18,862 nt of DNA, taken from Pseudomonadota bacterium (GTDB taxonomy: Bacteria > UBA10199 > 2-02-FULL-44-16 > JBDRGF01). Position 1 is the stretch's first letter. Every line of letters starts with the position of its first letter. The position numbers were made by a program, and so were the translations under genes. The stretch lies in the NCBI GenBank assembly GCA_043818055.1, contig JBDRGF010000022.1, positions 1 through 18,862 of the forward strand. The letters run 5' to 3'. Under the pieces are notes generated by a model. That model was not told the origin of the DNA and ran no database searches. It saw only the letters and a program-made list of their open reading frames with translations. Below are positions 9,040-17,481 of the stretch, piece by piece.

Positions 9040-9432
9040 TTATTGCTGAATTTCAATTTCAATCGTCATTTCATTTTTTTCGATCTCTTCGATGGGGTTG
9101 TGGTCGATGCTCTTTACAGAGAGATCTGAGAGTGAGAGGATCTCATCAGGATCGATGATATTGAAATTTTGTCTATTCCTGAAATCGATCGCTTTGGATT
9201 TGAAAAGGGAGTAGTGTCGCGGCGGTTTTATCGCCTCAGTTTCATCTTTTACCTCTACCTCTTCAACTTCGGCATTTTTAGCAGGCTTATTTTCCGTTAT
9301 TTTCTGGGCAGTTACTGTTGTTTTTTTGACGATGTCAGAATTTTGGACATTTCCCTTCAAAAATAGCACATTGATCAGGACTATAATAATTATGAAAATT
9401 GCGCCAATATAATACTTCTTAAGCCATTTCAT
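9040..9432 (-). CDS. Hypothetical protein with a single N-terminal membrane anchor
   Basis: Basic N-terminus, one hydrophobic helix (YYIGAIFIIIIVLINVLFL), then a charged soluble region. SD-like GGGGGA lies upstream on the minus strand. Confidence 0.7.
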   Translation of the reverse strand: MKWLKKYYIGAIFIIIIVLINVLFLKGNVQNSDIVKKTTVTAQKITENKPAKNAEVEEVEVKDETEAIKPPRHYSLFKSKAIDFRNRQNFNIIDPDEILSLSDLSVKSIDHNPIEEIEKNEMTIEIEIQQ

Positions 9433-9558
9433 ATCATTCCCCCGATGGCTTTACACTCACCAACTCATTTTGTTAGCATAAACCGTGCCGGAAATATTGA
9501 TTTGATAGAGAATTAGAGCAACATTTTCCACATTTCACCCGATAATGAAATTGAGCAT

Positions 9559-12500
9559 ATGACGAAATTACCAAAAATAGGTACGGGTTTGCCACCACTT
9601 CTGAGTGGTCAAACCACTTTAGAGTTGGGGGATAAATCACTTTTATCTTCGCCACGAATTGCAACTCGTCAGCAGGGATTTTTTACTGGCGTAGCCCATC
9701 AAATTTTAAATGAAGTTGTTGAAGGGGGTGGGCAATCACTTCAACAAGACATGAACTTTAACTTTTTGAACTTTGATGCATCTTATTCTTTTGTCCAAGG
9801 TGATTTTCGAATAGATAGCGGTACAAATCTGTATAAAACTGAATTTCTTTCTTCTGAAGAGGTGAAATTTTTAGCAGCCAAAAGGTCACAGGTATTGAGT
9901 TGGACCCCTGACCAAAATTGTATCAAATGGGCAAAACCCTATGTCGAATTTTCCCGAAAATTCGCAAGTTCAAAAGGTCTTTTGCACCATGAGTATGGCA
10001 CGCGACAGGTTAACAAGCCCGGAAGCGGAGAGGAGCTTCACAGCCTGCGTCAAGTTATGCCTGGGGAGACATATCAATTTCGCGACCTTATTCACTCGAA
10101 GCTTAGCAGAGGAGAGCTTGTAGTCCGCGAGCGCATGCGAAATAATGGGAAGTATATCGTTATAGCGATCAGAGGCTTACATATGCATAGACTTCTTCGT
10201 GAAAAAAAAGAAACATTTTATAAATCCCTCTCGCTTCTGGCGCGATTGCATCTCAATCAGGGAAACCATGTGACGCTCATGATGGATGATTATTTCCTTC
10301 CATTTACAGATCGTGAAAATCTGGATTATCTGATCGTTGCTAAGGCGATGGAACTGCGTCATTTCAGGTTGTGGGGTACTGAAAAAATCAATCTCAATAG
10401 AACTGTCACCGAGTTGCGCAAACGCTCTGCAGAGGTGCACTCTCTTTTTCCTGACATTGATACATATGAGTGGAACCAGGATCAAAAACTGCAAAAATTG
10501 CTTGAATTGAAAAGGATACCTTGCAGCTCTGTAGTTTTAAATCCAGGTAAGCTAACCAAGGAATACCAGCAAAAAAAATATATTTCGGACGATCTTGAAT
10601 TTGAAGTGGATGATGAATATTATGATGTCACCTCTCATCGTGAATTATCCAGAGAATCTGAAGAACAGCGCAGACGTTTACAAAAAGTGAGAGGATGTGT
10701 CTTGATGCCGGAGGGAAAGGATGATGCTGATGCGCTGAATGAATATAAAAAACTTCTGTTTTTTGTGCGTGGAAAGAACGTCCCTACACCTGGGATAGAG
10801 AAAAGCGTCGAGAAAATCCATGATAAGCTAGTGCATCTTCCAACTCATCATTCGACATTAGCTTTACACATGAATCCAACAGCAAATGATTTTGATCTAA
10901 TGTTCAGACTAGAGTTCTTTAGATGTATTGTGAGTGGCAATCTTCTATTCATAAATGAATTGTGGGAGATAGTAAAACATTTTGAAGAGACTCATCCGGG
11001 CACAGCCTCATCATTTAGAGGAGAGATGCCGTACGATGATTCTATGGAACAAAAACTGGAAAAGTTTTTGGAAAAACAATTTTCAACTCCAAAAGATAAA
11101 CTAGGGCTTCTTTGTGAAATTATTGTGCATCCGGGAGTAGATTCTGCAGGCTCCCGTGCTGCATCGAAGGTTTTGTTTAAGAGAATCGAAGAATTGGGAG
11201 GGGAAGAAAAGGTAAAGACGGAATTTTATCGATTGATGGGAGAACCCAGCTTATCAGGTTCTTCGTGCGATTATGCAGATTTGATAGCAAAGAATCTGAA
11301 TATATTCTGGGAATTGACATTTTTATCCGGGCCCTCTCCCGATTTCACAAGACGCTTTCAGGAAATTGCTAAAGTTCTAGAAAATGCTTTAAGCGTATAT
11401 TTTTTATTGAATCAATACAGGTCGCCTTCATCTTTTAATGGTCTTATACCATATCTAGGCAAAAGAAGGGTGTGGGAATTTGAATATGATTACCAAAACA
11501 ATGTACAAACAAATTATACATTCATTGTAGATGATAATAATGATACAGTTGAGCTTTGGAATGTAGAAAAAAAACCGTGTAATGCAAATACAACATCTCA
11601 TCTCGAAAGCCATTATAAAGAGAAAAAGAAATCAAAATTTGAAGGTTTAGGCCTCTCGTGGCTTATGAAGCAGGAACAAGATTCAGATACAAAAGACAAA
11701 ATTCATAAGATGTTAGGAAATTCATCCGCCTGTACTGGCATTGGGGTATCCGGCGCCTGTCGCGAAGAGAAGGACGAAATCAATATGTCGCGCATTCTCA
11801 TGGAGGCCGACCGTGATCTCAGTCCTCCAAGTAACTATTTTCCGATAGAGATTTCTGGAAGATTCGACCCGGTGCGCGGCGGCTTTTCAAAACTTGATGG
11901 AGTGAGTCATGATCAGTTTCTTTCTGGTGGAAAGAATCAGGTAAAAATCAAAAGCACAAATCCAACACTCATATACGAGGCATTTGGAAGGCCTTATCTC
12001 ACACCATTTCAAGGAAAACTCTCCCGTTCGCATGAAAATGAATTCACATTCTCTTTGAAGCGATCTGAATCATCGATGATGCGGGATTTCTTAGATCTTC
12101 CCATCGGAGAGTTTCAGAGGATGGGTAGAAAAGGGCGAGTGGTCGGCGGACTCTATGCACAATTGACTCAAACCACTAGCATAGCAGAACTCAATATTAG
12201 ACCTGAAATGAGAGATGCTGTAACTCAATTATTATCATCGCTGAACCAAATGACCGTGCGTCAGGCCATTGATGCAATATCGGGATTTGTCGGGCAATAT
12301 ATCACATATGGTAAATACACTGACGATGAGATCGATGAATTCAGCCGTTTAAAAGAGCTGGCTCAACATGGAAAACTCAACTACGCAGATTATTTGAGCT
12401 TCATCCTGAATCATCAAAAGGGGAAATGCGTTGAGATAAGTGCGCTCACTGCCTTTCTCATGAGAACGGCCGGCATTCCAACAGCAATGATGAAGTGCCA

Positions 12501-13449
12501 CACCGCATCGAGCGGCAGGTATGTGACAAATATGGGGCACGCTGTCTCGCTCGTTCTTGTAAAAGGAAATGGTGAAAAGTTTGATGCCCTTCCCGTCGAG
12601 AACGCAGTCTCTGCCCCATCGCTGAGCGAAGATAAGCATATCCCTTCGGTTGAGAAAAAGAAGCAGGAGGAGAGGGAGAGGGAGCGTAAGGCCCATGAAG
12701 AAGAGAAGAGGCGCCTCGCAGAGGCTGAAAAAGCAGCTAAAGAAGCCAGGCTTTTACAACAGATGGAAGAGGCCAAAAAAAGGAGTTTCCTGGGACTGGC
12801 CGTTGATAAAATTAGAAAATTAACCGATAAAAAAAGTTCAAAAGAAAAAAATGCCAGAAAAGAGGAAGAACGAAGAATAAAAGCAACTGAGGAGGAAGCA
12901 AAAAAAGCGGCTGCACTCAGAGAAGAAGCTGAAAAAGAGGCAAAACGTTTGGAGCTGCTTAAACAGTTGGAGGCGGAAAGAGTAGATCAGGGTAAAGGGG
13001 AGGAAGAACCTGAGTCAGAAGAGAATAAGAGGATAAAAGCTATTGTTGCAGAATTGAAAGGGGAAAAAGTTGCAGAAGATGACGACTATCCTGTGATAGC
13101 TGTTGAACCTAAAGAAGCTCCTTCATTAAGGCAGCTTGAATGGACCGATCTCACAATGCAAGAACAGCATTTCTGCCTGAGGGCGAAGTGGCTCTTGAAT
13201 TATATGCTCGAATTTAAGGATAGGGATTTTACTGCAAATCCAAAAAATCTTACACCTCTTAATCCTAAAGAGCTCGAAAAAATATGGAGCAAGGATCAAC
13301 TGGCAAAATCTGAACCTTTGAATGTTCCATTTATAATCACACATGAAAACTATCCAATTATTAAAGAGTGGTTTGAGTTTGTGAGGAATAAGATTCCTAA
13401 TAAGATTTTACAATATATCGTCATGACAACACTTCGACAGGGGTTGTAA
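9559..13449 (+). CDS. Large multidomain protein: DUF58-like N-terminal region, transglutaminase-like domain, Glu/Lys/Ala-rich coiled coil
   Basis: GSGEELHSLRQVMPGE...SRGELVVRER resembles the DUF58 signature. KGKCVEISALTAFLMRTAGIP...GHAVSLV resembles a transglutaminase core (Cys957, His994). An EKA-rich helical stretch lies near aa 1035-1170. The ORF is uninterrupted for 1296 codons. Confidence 0.75.
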   Translation: MTKLPKIGTGLPPLLSGQTTLELGDKSLLSSPRIATRQQGFFTGVAHQILNEVVEGGGQSLQQDMNFNFLNFDASYSFVQGDFRIDSGTNLYKTEFLSSEEVKFLAAKRSQVLSWTPDQNCIKWAKPYVEFSRKFASSKGLLHHEYGTRQVNKPGSGEELHSLRQVMPGETYQFRDLIHSKLSRGELVVRERMRNNGKYIVIAIRGLHMHRLLREKKETFYKSLSLLARLHLNQGNHVTLMMDDYFLPFTDRENLDYLIVAKAMELRHFRLWGTEKINLNRTVTELRKRSAEVHSLFPDIDTYEWNQDQKLQKLLELKRIPCSSVVLNPGKLTKEYQQKKYISDDLEFEVDDEYYDVTSHRELSRESEEQRRRLQKVRGCVLMPEGKDDADALNEYKKLLFFVRGKNVPTPGIEKSVEKIHDKLVHLPTHHSTLALHMNPTANDFDLMFRLEFFRCIVSGNLLFINELWEIVKHFEETHPGTASSFRGEMPYDDSMEQKLEKFLEKQFSTPKDKLGLLCEIIVHPGVDSAGSRAASKVLFKRIEELGGEEKVKTEFYRLMGEPSLSGSSCDYADLIAKNLNIFWELTFLSGPSPDFTRRFQEIAKVLENALSVYFLLNQYRSPSSFNGLIPYLGKRRVWEFEYDYQNNVQTNYTFIVDDNNDTVELWNVEKKPCNANTTSHLESHYKEKKKSKFEGLGLSWLMKQEQDSDTKDKIHKMLGNSSACTGIGVSGACREEKDEINMSRILMEADRDLSPPSNYFPIEISGRFDPVRGGFSKLDGVSHDQFLSGGKNQVKIKSTNPTLIYEAFGRPYLTPFQGKLSRSHENEFTFSLKRSESSMMRDFLDLPIGEFQRMGRKGRVVGGLYAQLTQTTSIAELNIRPEMRDAVTQLLSSLNQMTVRQAIDAISGFVGQYITYGKYTDDEIDEFSRLKELAQHGKLNYADYLSFILNHQKGKCVEISALTAFLMRTAGIPTAMMKCHTASSGRYVTNMGHAVSLVLVKGNGEKFDALPVENAVSAPSLSEDKHIPSVEKKKQEERERERKAHEEEKRRLAEAEKAAKEARLLQQMEEAKKRSFLGLAVDKIRKLTDKKSSKEKNARKEEERRIKATEEEAKKAAALREEAEKEAKRLELLKQLEAERVDQGKGEEEPESEENKRIKAIVAELKGEKVAEDDDYPVIAVEPKEAPSLRQLEWTDLTMQEQHFCLRAKWLLNYMLEFKDRDFTANPKNLTPLNPKELEKIWSKDQLAKSEPLNVPFIITHENYPIIKEWFEFVRNKIPNKILQYIVMTTLRQGL

Positions 13450-14274
13450 TCAAACAAACAATAATAAACTCACAGCCATAACGATCATGCCGGAAACGAG
13501 GCCATAGATCGAGAGATGATGTTCGCCATATTCCTTTGCAGCGGGTAGGAGCTCATCGAACGATATGAATACCATAATACCCGCGACGGATGCGAAGATA
13601 AAACCGAACGCCGTGTCGTTTAAGTATCTCAACAGAAAGACATAACCTAGGAGCGCGCCGGCTGGTTCGGCTAGTCCCGAGAGGAAAGAATAGATGAATG
13701 CCCGTTTTTTGTTTTTCGTGGCGTAATAGATCGGGACTGAGACGGCAACACCTTCAGGGATGTTGTGAATCGCGATAGCGACAGCGATCGGAATGCCAAG
13801 CTTTGGGTCTCTCAGTGCTGCGATGAATGTTGCAAGCCCCTCTGGAAAGTTGTGGATTGCAATAGCCAGTGCAACGAAGAGGCCTGTTCTCATCAATTTA
13901 ATTTGTTTGATATCGTCTCGTGACATCGCATGTGAAAAATCGCCGTGGCTGACCGAGTGCACCTCATGCGGATTCTCATATGATGGAATCATCTTGTCGA
14001 TGATCGCGATGAAAAACATGCCTGTGAAAAAAGCGACGACGGTCATCCACGAGCCCGTGCGTTCTCCCCATGCGCCAATGAGGGTCGTTCTTGCTTTAAA
14101 AAATATCTCGATCATCGAGATGTAGATCATGACACCCGCAGAAAATCCAAGTGCAACTGATAGGAATTTTTTATTCGTGGTCTTCGCGACAAATGCGATA
14201 AGGCTTCCAAAGCCTGTCGACAATCCGGCAAAGAGGGTGAGCCCAAATGCAAACCAAAAGTGATTCATATTCAA
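13450..14274 (-). CDS. zupT: ZIP-family zinc/divalent metal transporter ZupT
   Basis: Motifs [40 protein letters not shown] and DELLP, with a His-rich loop. The start may be ATG 14268 rather than TTG 14274. Confidence 0.93.
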   Translation of the reverse strand: MNMNHFWFAFGLTLFAGLSTGFGSLIAFVAKTTNKKFLSVALGFSAGVMIYISMIEIFFKARTTLIGAWGERTGSWMTVVAFFTGMFFIAIIDKMIPSYENPHEVHSVSHGDFSHAMSRDDIKQIKLMRTGLFVALAIAIHNFPEGLATFIAALRDPKLGIPIAVAIAIHNIPEGVAVSVPIYYATKNKKRAFIYSFLSGLAEPAGALLGYVFLLRYLNDTAFGFIFASVAGIMVFISFDELLPAAKEYGEHHLSIYGLVSGMIVMAVSLLLFV

Positions 14275-14452
14275 GTCTTATCCCTTTTGATCTTTTCTTG
14301 GAAGTTTTGCATAATATTCTCTGCCTGATTTCTTATTTCGCATTGGTCATTTGTAACATAAAAAAATGGATTTGCCAGGATAAATTATGGATAGGGCAGC
14401 CGCAAAACAAAATATGAACTCTTGCAAATGTAAAAAATGATTTTAGTGTTGC

Positions 14453-14571
14453 TGCCTCCCCAACGGGATTGCAGAATTTGCTTAAGCAAATTCTTGGCGA
14501 ATGTTAAGGAAAATTACATTATAGTTGTTGCTTGTCTGCTAAAGCATACAAGCAACTGACATTTCGAACCC
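14453..14571 (-). repeat. Split duplicate of the tRNA-Glu 3' end (att-like remnant)
   Basis: 14453-14470 TGCCTCCCCAACGGGATT matches 14655-14672 at 17/18 positions. The continuation TTCGAACCC reappears at 14563-14571 after a ~92-nt palindrome-rich insert. Confidence 0.7.
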
Positions 14572-14613
14572 TGCTCACTTACGTTCGTTTGATTCGAATA
14601 CGAAGGAGAACTT

Positions 14614-14655
14614 ACAAAGCAAAAGGGCTGCCTTACGGCAACCCTTTTGCTTTGT
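14614..14655 (-). terminator. Hairpin/intrinsic terminator immediately 3' of tRNA-Glu
   Basis: Minus strand reads ACAAAGCAAAAGGGTTGCC-GTAA-GGCAGCCCTTTTGCTTTGT: a 19-bp stem with a GNRA loop and a U-rich 3' arm. Confidence 0.75.
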
Positions 14656-14656
14656 G

Positions 14657-14729
<73 letters not shown>

Positions 14730-14758
14730 GAAAAAGACAGCATTTACTGTCTTCCTTG

Positions 14759-14831
14759 TGAGCCGCCCGCGACTCGAACGCGGGACCCACGCCTTAAAAG
14801 GGCGTTGCTCTACCTACTGAGCTAGCGGCCC
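14759..14831 (-). tRNA. tRNA-Lys (TTT)
   Basis: Minus strand GGGCCGCTAGCTCAGTAGGTAGAGCAACGCCCTTTTAAGGCGTGGGTCCCGCGTTCGAGTCGCGGGCGGCTCA. Anticodon arm ACGCC-CT-TTT-AA-GGCGT. CCA is not encoded. Confidence 0.97.
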
Positions 14832-14883
14832 AACCTCTTAACTACTTGTTACTCGAACAAAATTTCAATAAACAAGTCGCAGC

Positions 14884-14978
14884 TTAATAGTTGCATAGCG
14901 TTGAAATGTCAAATTTTCTTTCAATCTCTTTTTTTAAAAATTTATTTAATTGACAAAGAGGGTGGTTTTGAGAAAAAT
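14884..14978. promoter_or_regulatory. Back-to-back putative promoters for the tRNA pair (-) and the histone gene (+)
   Basis: Minus strand: TTGACA (14912-14907), 17 nt, TATTAA. Plus strand: TTGACA (14950-14955), 17 nt, AAAAAT. An A/T tract separates them. Both -10 boxes are imperfect. Confidence 0.45.
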
Positions 14979-15016
14979 GCCGGAAGTTTTAGTTCTAACA
15001 ATCAAAAGGAGGGGAT

Positions 15017-15196
15017 ATGTCAAGTGAAACACTCGTAGTAGTATCAAAGGTGAAGGATTATGTGAAGGCGAAGGGTTGTCAGACATCTGAAACAGCAGTT
15101 GATTCTCTTTCCACTGCAGTTCGTGAACTCTTGGACAAGGCTATTAAGCGTGCCCAGGATAACGGCAGAGCGACCATCAAAGATCGCGACATCTAA
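15017..15196 (+). CDS. Bacterial histone (single histone-fold protein), 59 aa; not in the supplied ORF track
   Basis: Hand translation: MSSETLVVVSKVKDYVKAKGCQTSETAVDSLSTAVRELLDKAIKRAQDNGRATIKDRDI*. It has a strong SD (AAGGAGGGG), an N-terminal LVVxSKVK motif and a C-terminal RxTxxxxD histone motif, and is followed by hairpins. Confidence 0.92.
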   Translation: MSSETLVVVSKVKDYVKAKGCQTSETAVDSLSTAVRELLDKAIKRAQDNGRATIKDRDI

Positions 15197-15203
15197 TCAA
15201 GTT

Positions 15204-15228
15204 GTAGGGGCGGTTCGCGAACCGCCCT
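15204..15228. repeat. GTAG-type REP-like palindrome
   Basis: GTAG followed by the perfect palindrome GGGCGGTTCGCGAACCGCCC. Confidence 0.65.
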
Positions 15229-15245
15229 AATAAGTTGTGAGTTTA

Positions 15246-15274
15246 AAATAAGGGCGGATATTCCGCCCTTATTT
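15246..15274 (+). terminator. Intrinsic terminator after the histone gene (possibly bidirectional)
   Basis: AAATAAGGGCGGA-TAT-TCCGCCCTTATTT: a 13-bp perfect stem with A/T-rich flanks. Confidence 0.75.
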
Positions 15275-15311
15275 ATGTGCGCTTCACGAATGACGCTTCA
15301 CGGAGGTTAAT

Positions 15312-15872
15312 ATGGGAGTAAAATCTGACAAATGGATCAAAAGAATGGCCTCAGAGACAAAAATGATCGAGCCATTCGAACCGACGCAGGTGAGAAAGGG
15401 TATTTCTTTCGGCCTTTCTTCATACGGTTACGACTTCAGGATATCGGACGAGTTCAAGATCTTCAAACCATCTTCAGATATCAAAATCATCGACCCGAAG
15501 AAATTTGATGAGTCCCACTTTGAATCGATAAAGGCGGAGGAGTGCGTGATCCCGCCAGGGAGCTACGTGCTCACGAGGACAGTCGAGTATTTCAGAATTC
15601 CGCGTGACATCATAACGATCTGTTTTGGCAAATCGACATACGCCAGATCGGGCGTTCACATCAACGTCACGCCATTCGAGCCTGAGTGGGAGGGATACGC
15701 CACAATAGCCATCTCCAACATGACGAATCTTCCCGTCCGCATCTACGCAGGTGAAGGAATCGGCCAGCTGCTTTTCATCGAGGCCACCGAAGTCTGTGAA
15801 ACCTCATACGCTGACAAGAAGGGAAAATACCAGGCACAAAAAGCTATCACTATTGCAAAGGGAGAAGGATGA
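15312..15872 (+). CDS. dcd: dCTP deaminase
   Basis: Motifs [33 protein letters not shown] and [16 protein letters not shown] upstream. Confidence 0.96.
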   Translation: MGVKSDKWIKRMASETKMIEPFEPTQVRKGISFGLSSYGYDFRISDEFKIFKPSSDIKIIDPKKFDESHFESIKAEECVIPPGSYVLTRTVEYFRIPRDIITICFGKSTYARSGVHINVTPFEPEWEGYATIAISNMTNLPVRIYAGEGIGQLLFIEATEVCETSYADKKGKYQAQKAITIAKGEG

Positions 15873-15877
15873 TAGCT

Positions 15878-16067
15878 GAAATCCCAAATAACAAATCCCA
15901 AAACTCAAATAAGCTCCAAAAGGAAGTTCTGAATTTAATTGACGAGGCCGTCCAGTTAAAAAAGATATTTTCATCGATGTTAAAGTAAGCTGGAATAACA
16001 ATTTTTGATGTTTGTTTTTTGTTATTTATTTGTTATTTGTTATTTGTTTTTTGTTATTTGGAGTTTC
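15878..16067. repeat. ~190-bp element with inverted low-complexity heptamer arms (CAAATAA/TTATTTG)
   Basis: GAAATCCCAAATAACAAA (15878-15895) matches the reverse complement of TTTGTTATTTGGAGTTTC (16050-16067) at 16/18 positions. The right arm carries tandem TTATTTG-like units. Confidence 0.75.
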
Positions 16068-16075
16068 ATACATTT

Positions 16076-16987
16076 ATGAAAGATTACTACCAAACATTAG
16101 GTGTATCAAAGAGCGCGTCGGATGAGGAGATAAAGAAGGCCTATCGACGTTTGGCCAAGCAGTATCATCCTGATGCCAACAAGGGGAACAAGGATGCTGA
16201 GGAGCGCTTCAAGGAGATATCCGAGGCGTATAATACCCTTTCAGACAAAGATGCCCGGAAAAAATATGATCTCTTTACTCAGGGTGGCATGGGCGGGGGC
16301 GCGCCGGGTGGCTTTCACTGGGAGGGGGGCGGTGGTGCACCGGGGGCTGGTGATTTTGGTGACCTTGGCGATCTCTTCAGCCAGCTATTCAATATGGGTG
16401 GAGTAAAAAGGGGTCCATATACTCAGGATTGGACGGGTAAGACCGAGCGCCCTGTGAGCGGTCAGGACACAGTCGCGGATGTAGAAATAGGCTTTAATGA
16501 GGCGATAGAGGGTAGCCAGCGCAAGATATCTATCAAACGTGGGGATAAGGTCGAAAACCTCACTGTGAAGATCCCTGCGGGGGTAGATAACGGCTCCAAG
16601 GTGAGGATGGCCGGCAAGGGTCAGCCCGGGTTTGGCGGTGGCAAATCTGGGGATTTATACCTCAGAATCCGCGTATCCCCACACCCCAAATTCTGGCGCG
16701 AAGGGGCGGATATCTACACGGAAGTCCCCATAACCATATATAATGCCGTTCTTGGGGGCGAAGTGATGGTCCCAACGCTAACAGGTGAGGCCAAGATGAA
16801 GATCCCCTCCGGCACCGAGAGCGGTCAGAAGTTCAGATTGAAGGGTAAAGGGGCCCCAGAGCTCGGTAAAAAGGGAAAGATCGGAGACGAGTTCGTCATA
16901 GTCCAAATAACCCCTCCAAAAAAACCAAATTCAGCCTTCAAAAAGGCGCTCGAAGATCTTGCCAAAGAATATCCGTATGAACCGTGA
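16076..16987 (+). CDS. DnaJ class II / CbpA-like co-chaperone (J domain, G/F-rich linker, C-terminal domain, no zinc finger)
   Basis: [10 protein letters not shown]...YHPD...FKEISEAY J domain, Gly-rich linker, VKIPAGV and GDLYL motifs, no CxxCxGxG repeats. True start is ATG 16076; the track's upstream extension is translated repeat DNA. Confidence 0.93.
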   Translation: MKDYYQTLGVSKSASDEEIKKAYRRLAKQYHPDANKGNKDAEERFKEISEAYNTLSDKDARKKYDLFTQGGMGGGAPGGFHWEGGGGAPGAGDFGDLGDLFSQLFNMGGVKRGPYTQDWTGKTERPVSGQDTVADVEIGFNEAIEGSQRKISIKRGDKVENLTVKIPAGVDNGSKVRMAGKGQPGFGGGKSGDLYLRIRVSPHPKFWREGADIYTEVPITIYNAVLGGEVMVPTLTGEAKMKIPSGTESGQKFRLKGKGAPELGKKGKIGDEFVIVQITPPKKPNSAFKKALEDLAKEYPYEP

Positions 16988-16992
16988 AATCA

Positions 16993-17043
16993 GTATGTAG
17001 CATGTGACATGTAGTATGTAGGCAAAAACCTCAATAATCTGCC
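16993..17043 (+). repeat. ATGTAGC/ATGTGGC heptamer element, copy 1 (direct repeat of 18093-18142)
   Basis: GTATGTAGCATGTGACATGTAGTATGTAGGCAAAAACCTCAATAATCTGCC differs from the 18093 copy by 2 substitutions and 1 indel. Confidence 0.9.
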
Positions 17044-17054
17044 TCCAATGAGAT

Positions 17055-17262
17055 TTCCCTCTGAGCCCTTCACCCTTTGATGGGGGAAGGTGCCCTCAAT
17101 GACATTTTCCTCTGTGCCCTTCCCCCTTGACGGGGGAAGGTGCCCGTAGGGCGGAAGGGGGTGAGTGCTTTTGGGCGGAAGGGGGTGAGTGCTTTTGGGC
17201 GGAAGGGGGTGAGTGCTTTTGGGCAGAAGGGGGCGAGTGCTTTTGGGCGGATGGGGGTGAGT
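17055..17262 (+). repeat. Duplicated CCTTCCCCC/GGGGGAAGG hairpin followed by a 24-bp tandem repeat (~4.7 copies)
   Basis: ~40-bp imperfect direct repeat at 17055-17095 and 17106-17145, with a hairpin at 17118-17140. The unit GGGCGGAAGGGGGTGAGTGCTTTT starts at 17149, 17173, 17197, 17221 (2 changes) and 17245 (partial). Confidence 0.92.
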
Positions 17263-17274
17263 TTTTCACCATAT

Positions 17275-17405
17275 GGGTGTGTTGAAAAATACAAAAAATC
17301 TAAAAAGTGTCATTCTGAGCGTAGCGAAGAATCTTGTTATTTCGAATACTTAAGATCCTTCACTACGTTCAGGATGACAACAATAAGGTGTTTTTCAACA
17401 GACCC
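17275..17405. mobile_element. Miniature inverted-repeat element (MITE-like) with an ATAT target duplication and an inner palindromic element
   Basis: Ends GGGTGTGTTGAAAAATAC and GTGTTTTTCAACAGACCC are flanked by ATAT at 17271-17274 and 17406-17409. Inner inverted pair: TGTCATTCTGAGCGTAGCGAAGAATCTT (17308-17335) and AAGATCCTTCACTACGTTCAGGATGACA (17352-17379). Confidence 0.75.
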
Positions 17406-17446
17406 ATATACCACATGCTACATACCACATGTGCCTTTGCTTTTTT
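17403..17446 (-). repeat. Inverted copy of the ATGTAGC heptamer element
   Basis: The reverse complement AAAAAAGCAAAGGCACATGTGGTATGTAGCATGTGGTATATGGG aligns with 18077-18122 (AAAAAAGCAAAAAGCGTATGTAGCATGTGGCATGTAGTATGTGGG). Confidence 0.8.
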
Positions 17447-17481
17447 CGCTTGTTTCTATCCTTTAAATTTGCTATCGAAAA

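Noticed and set aside
16019..16075. Hydrophobic N-terminal extension ([16 protein letters not shown]) on the DnaJ-like protein
   Set aside because: It is translation of the TTATTTG heptamer repeat; the J domain begins at ATG 16076.
17149..17262. Possible CRISPR array
   Set aside because: The units are head-to-tail with no unique spacers, and there are no cas genes in the window.
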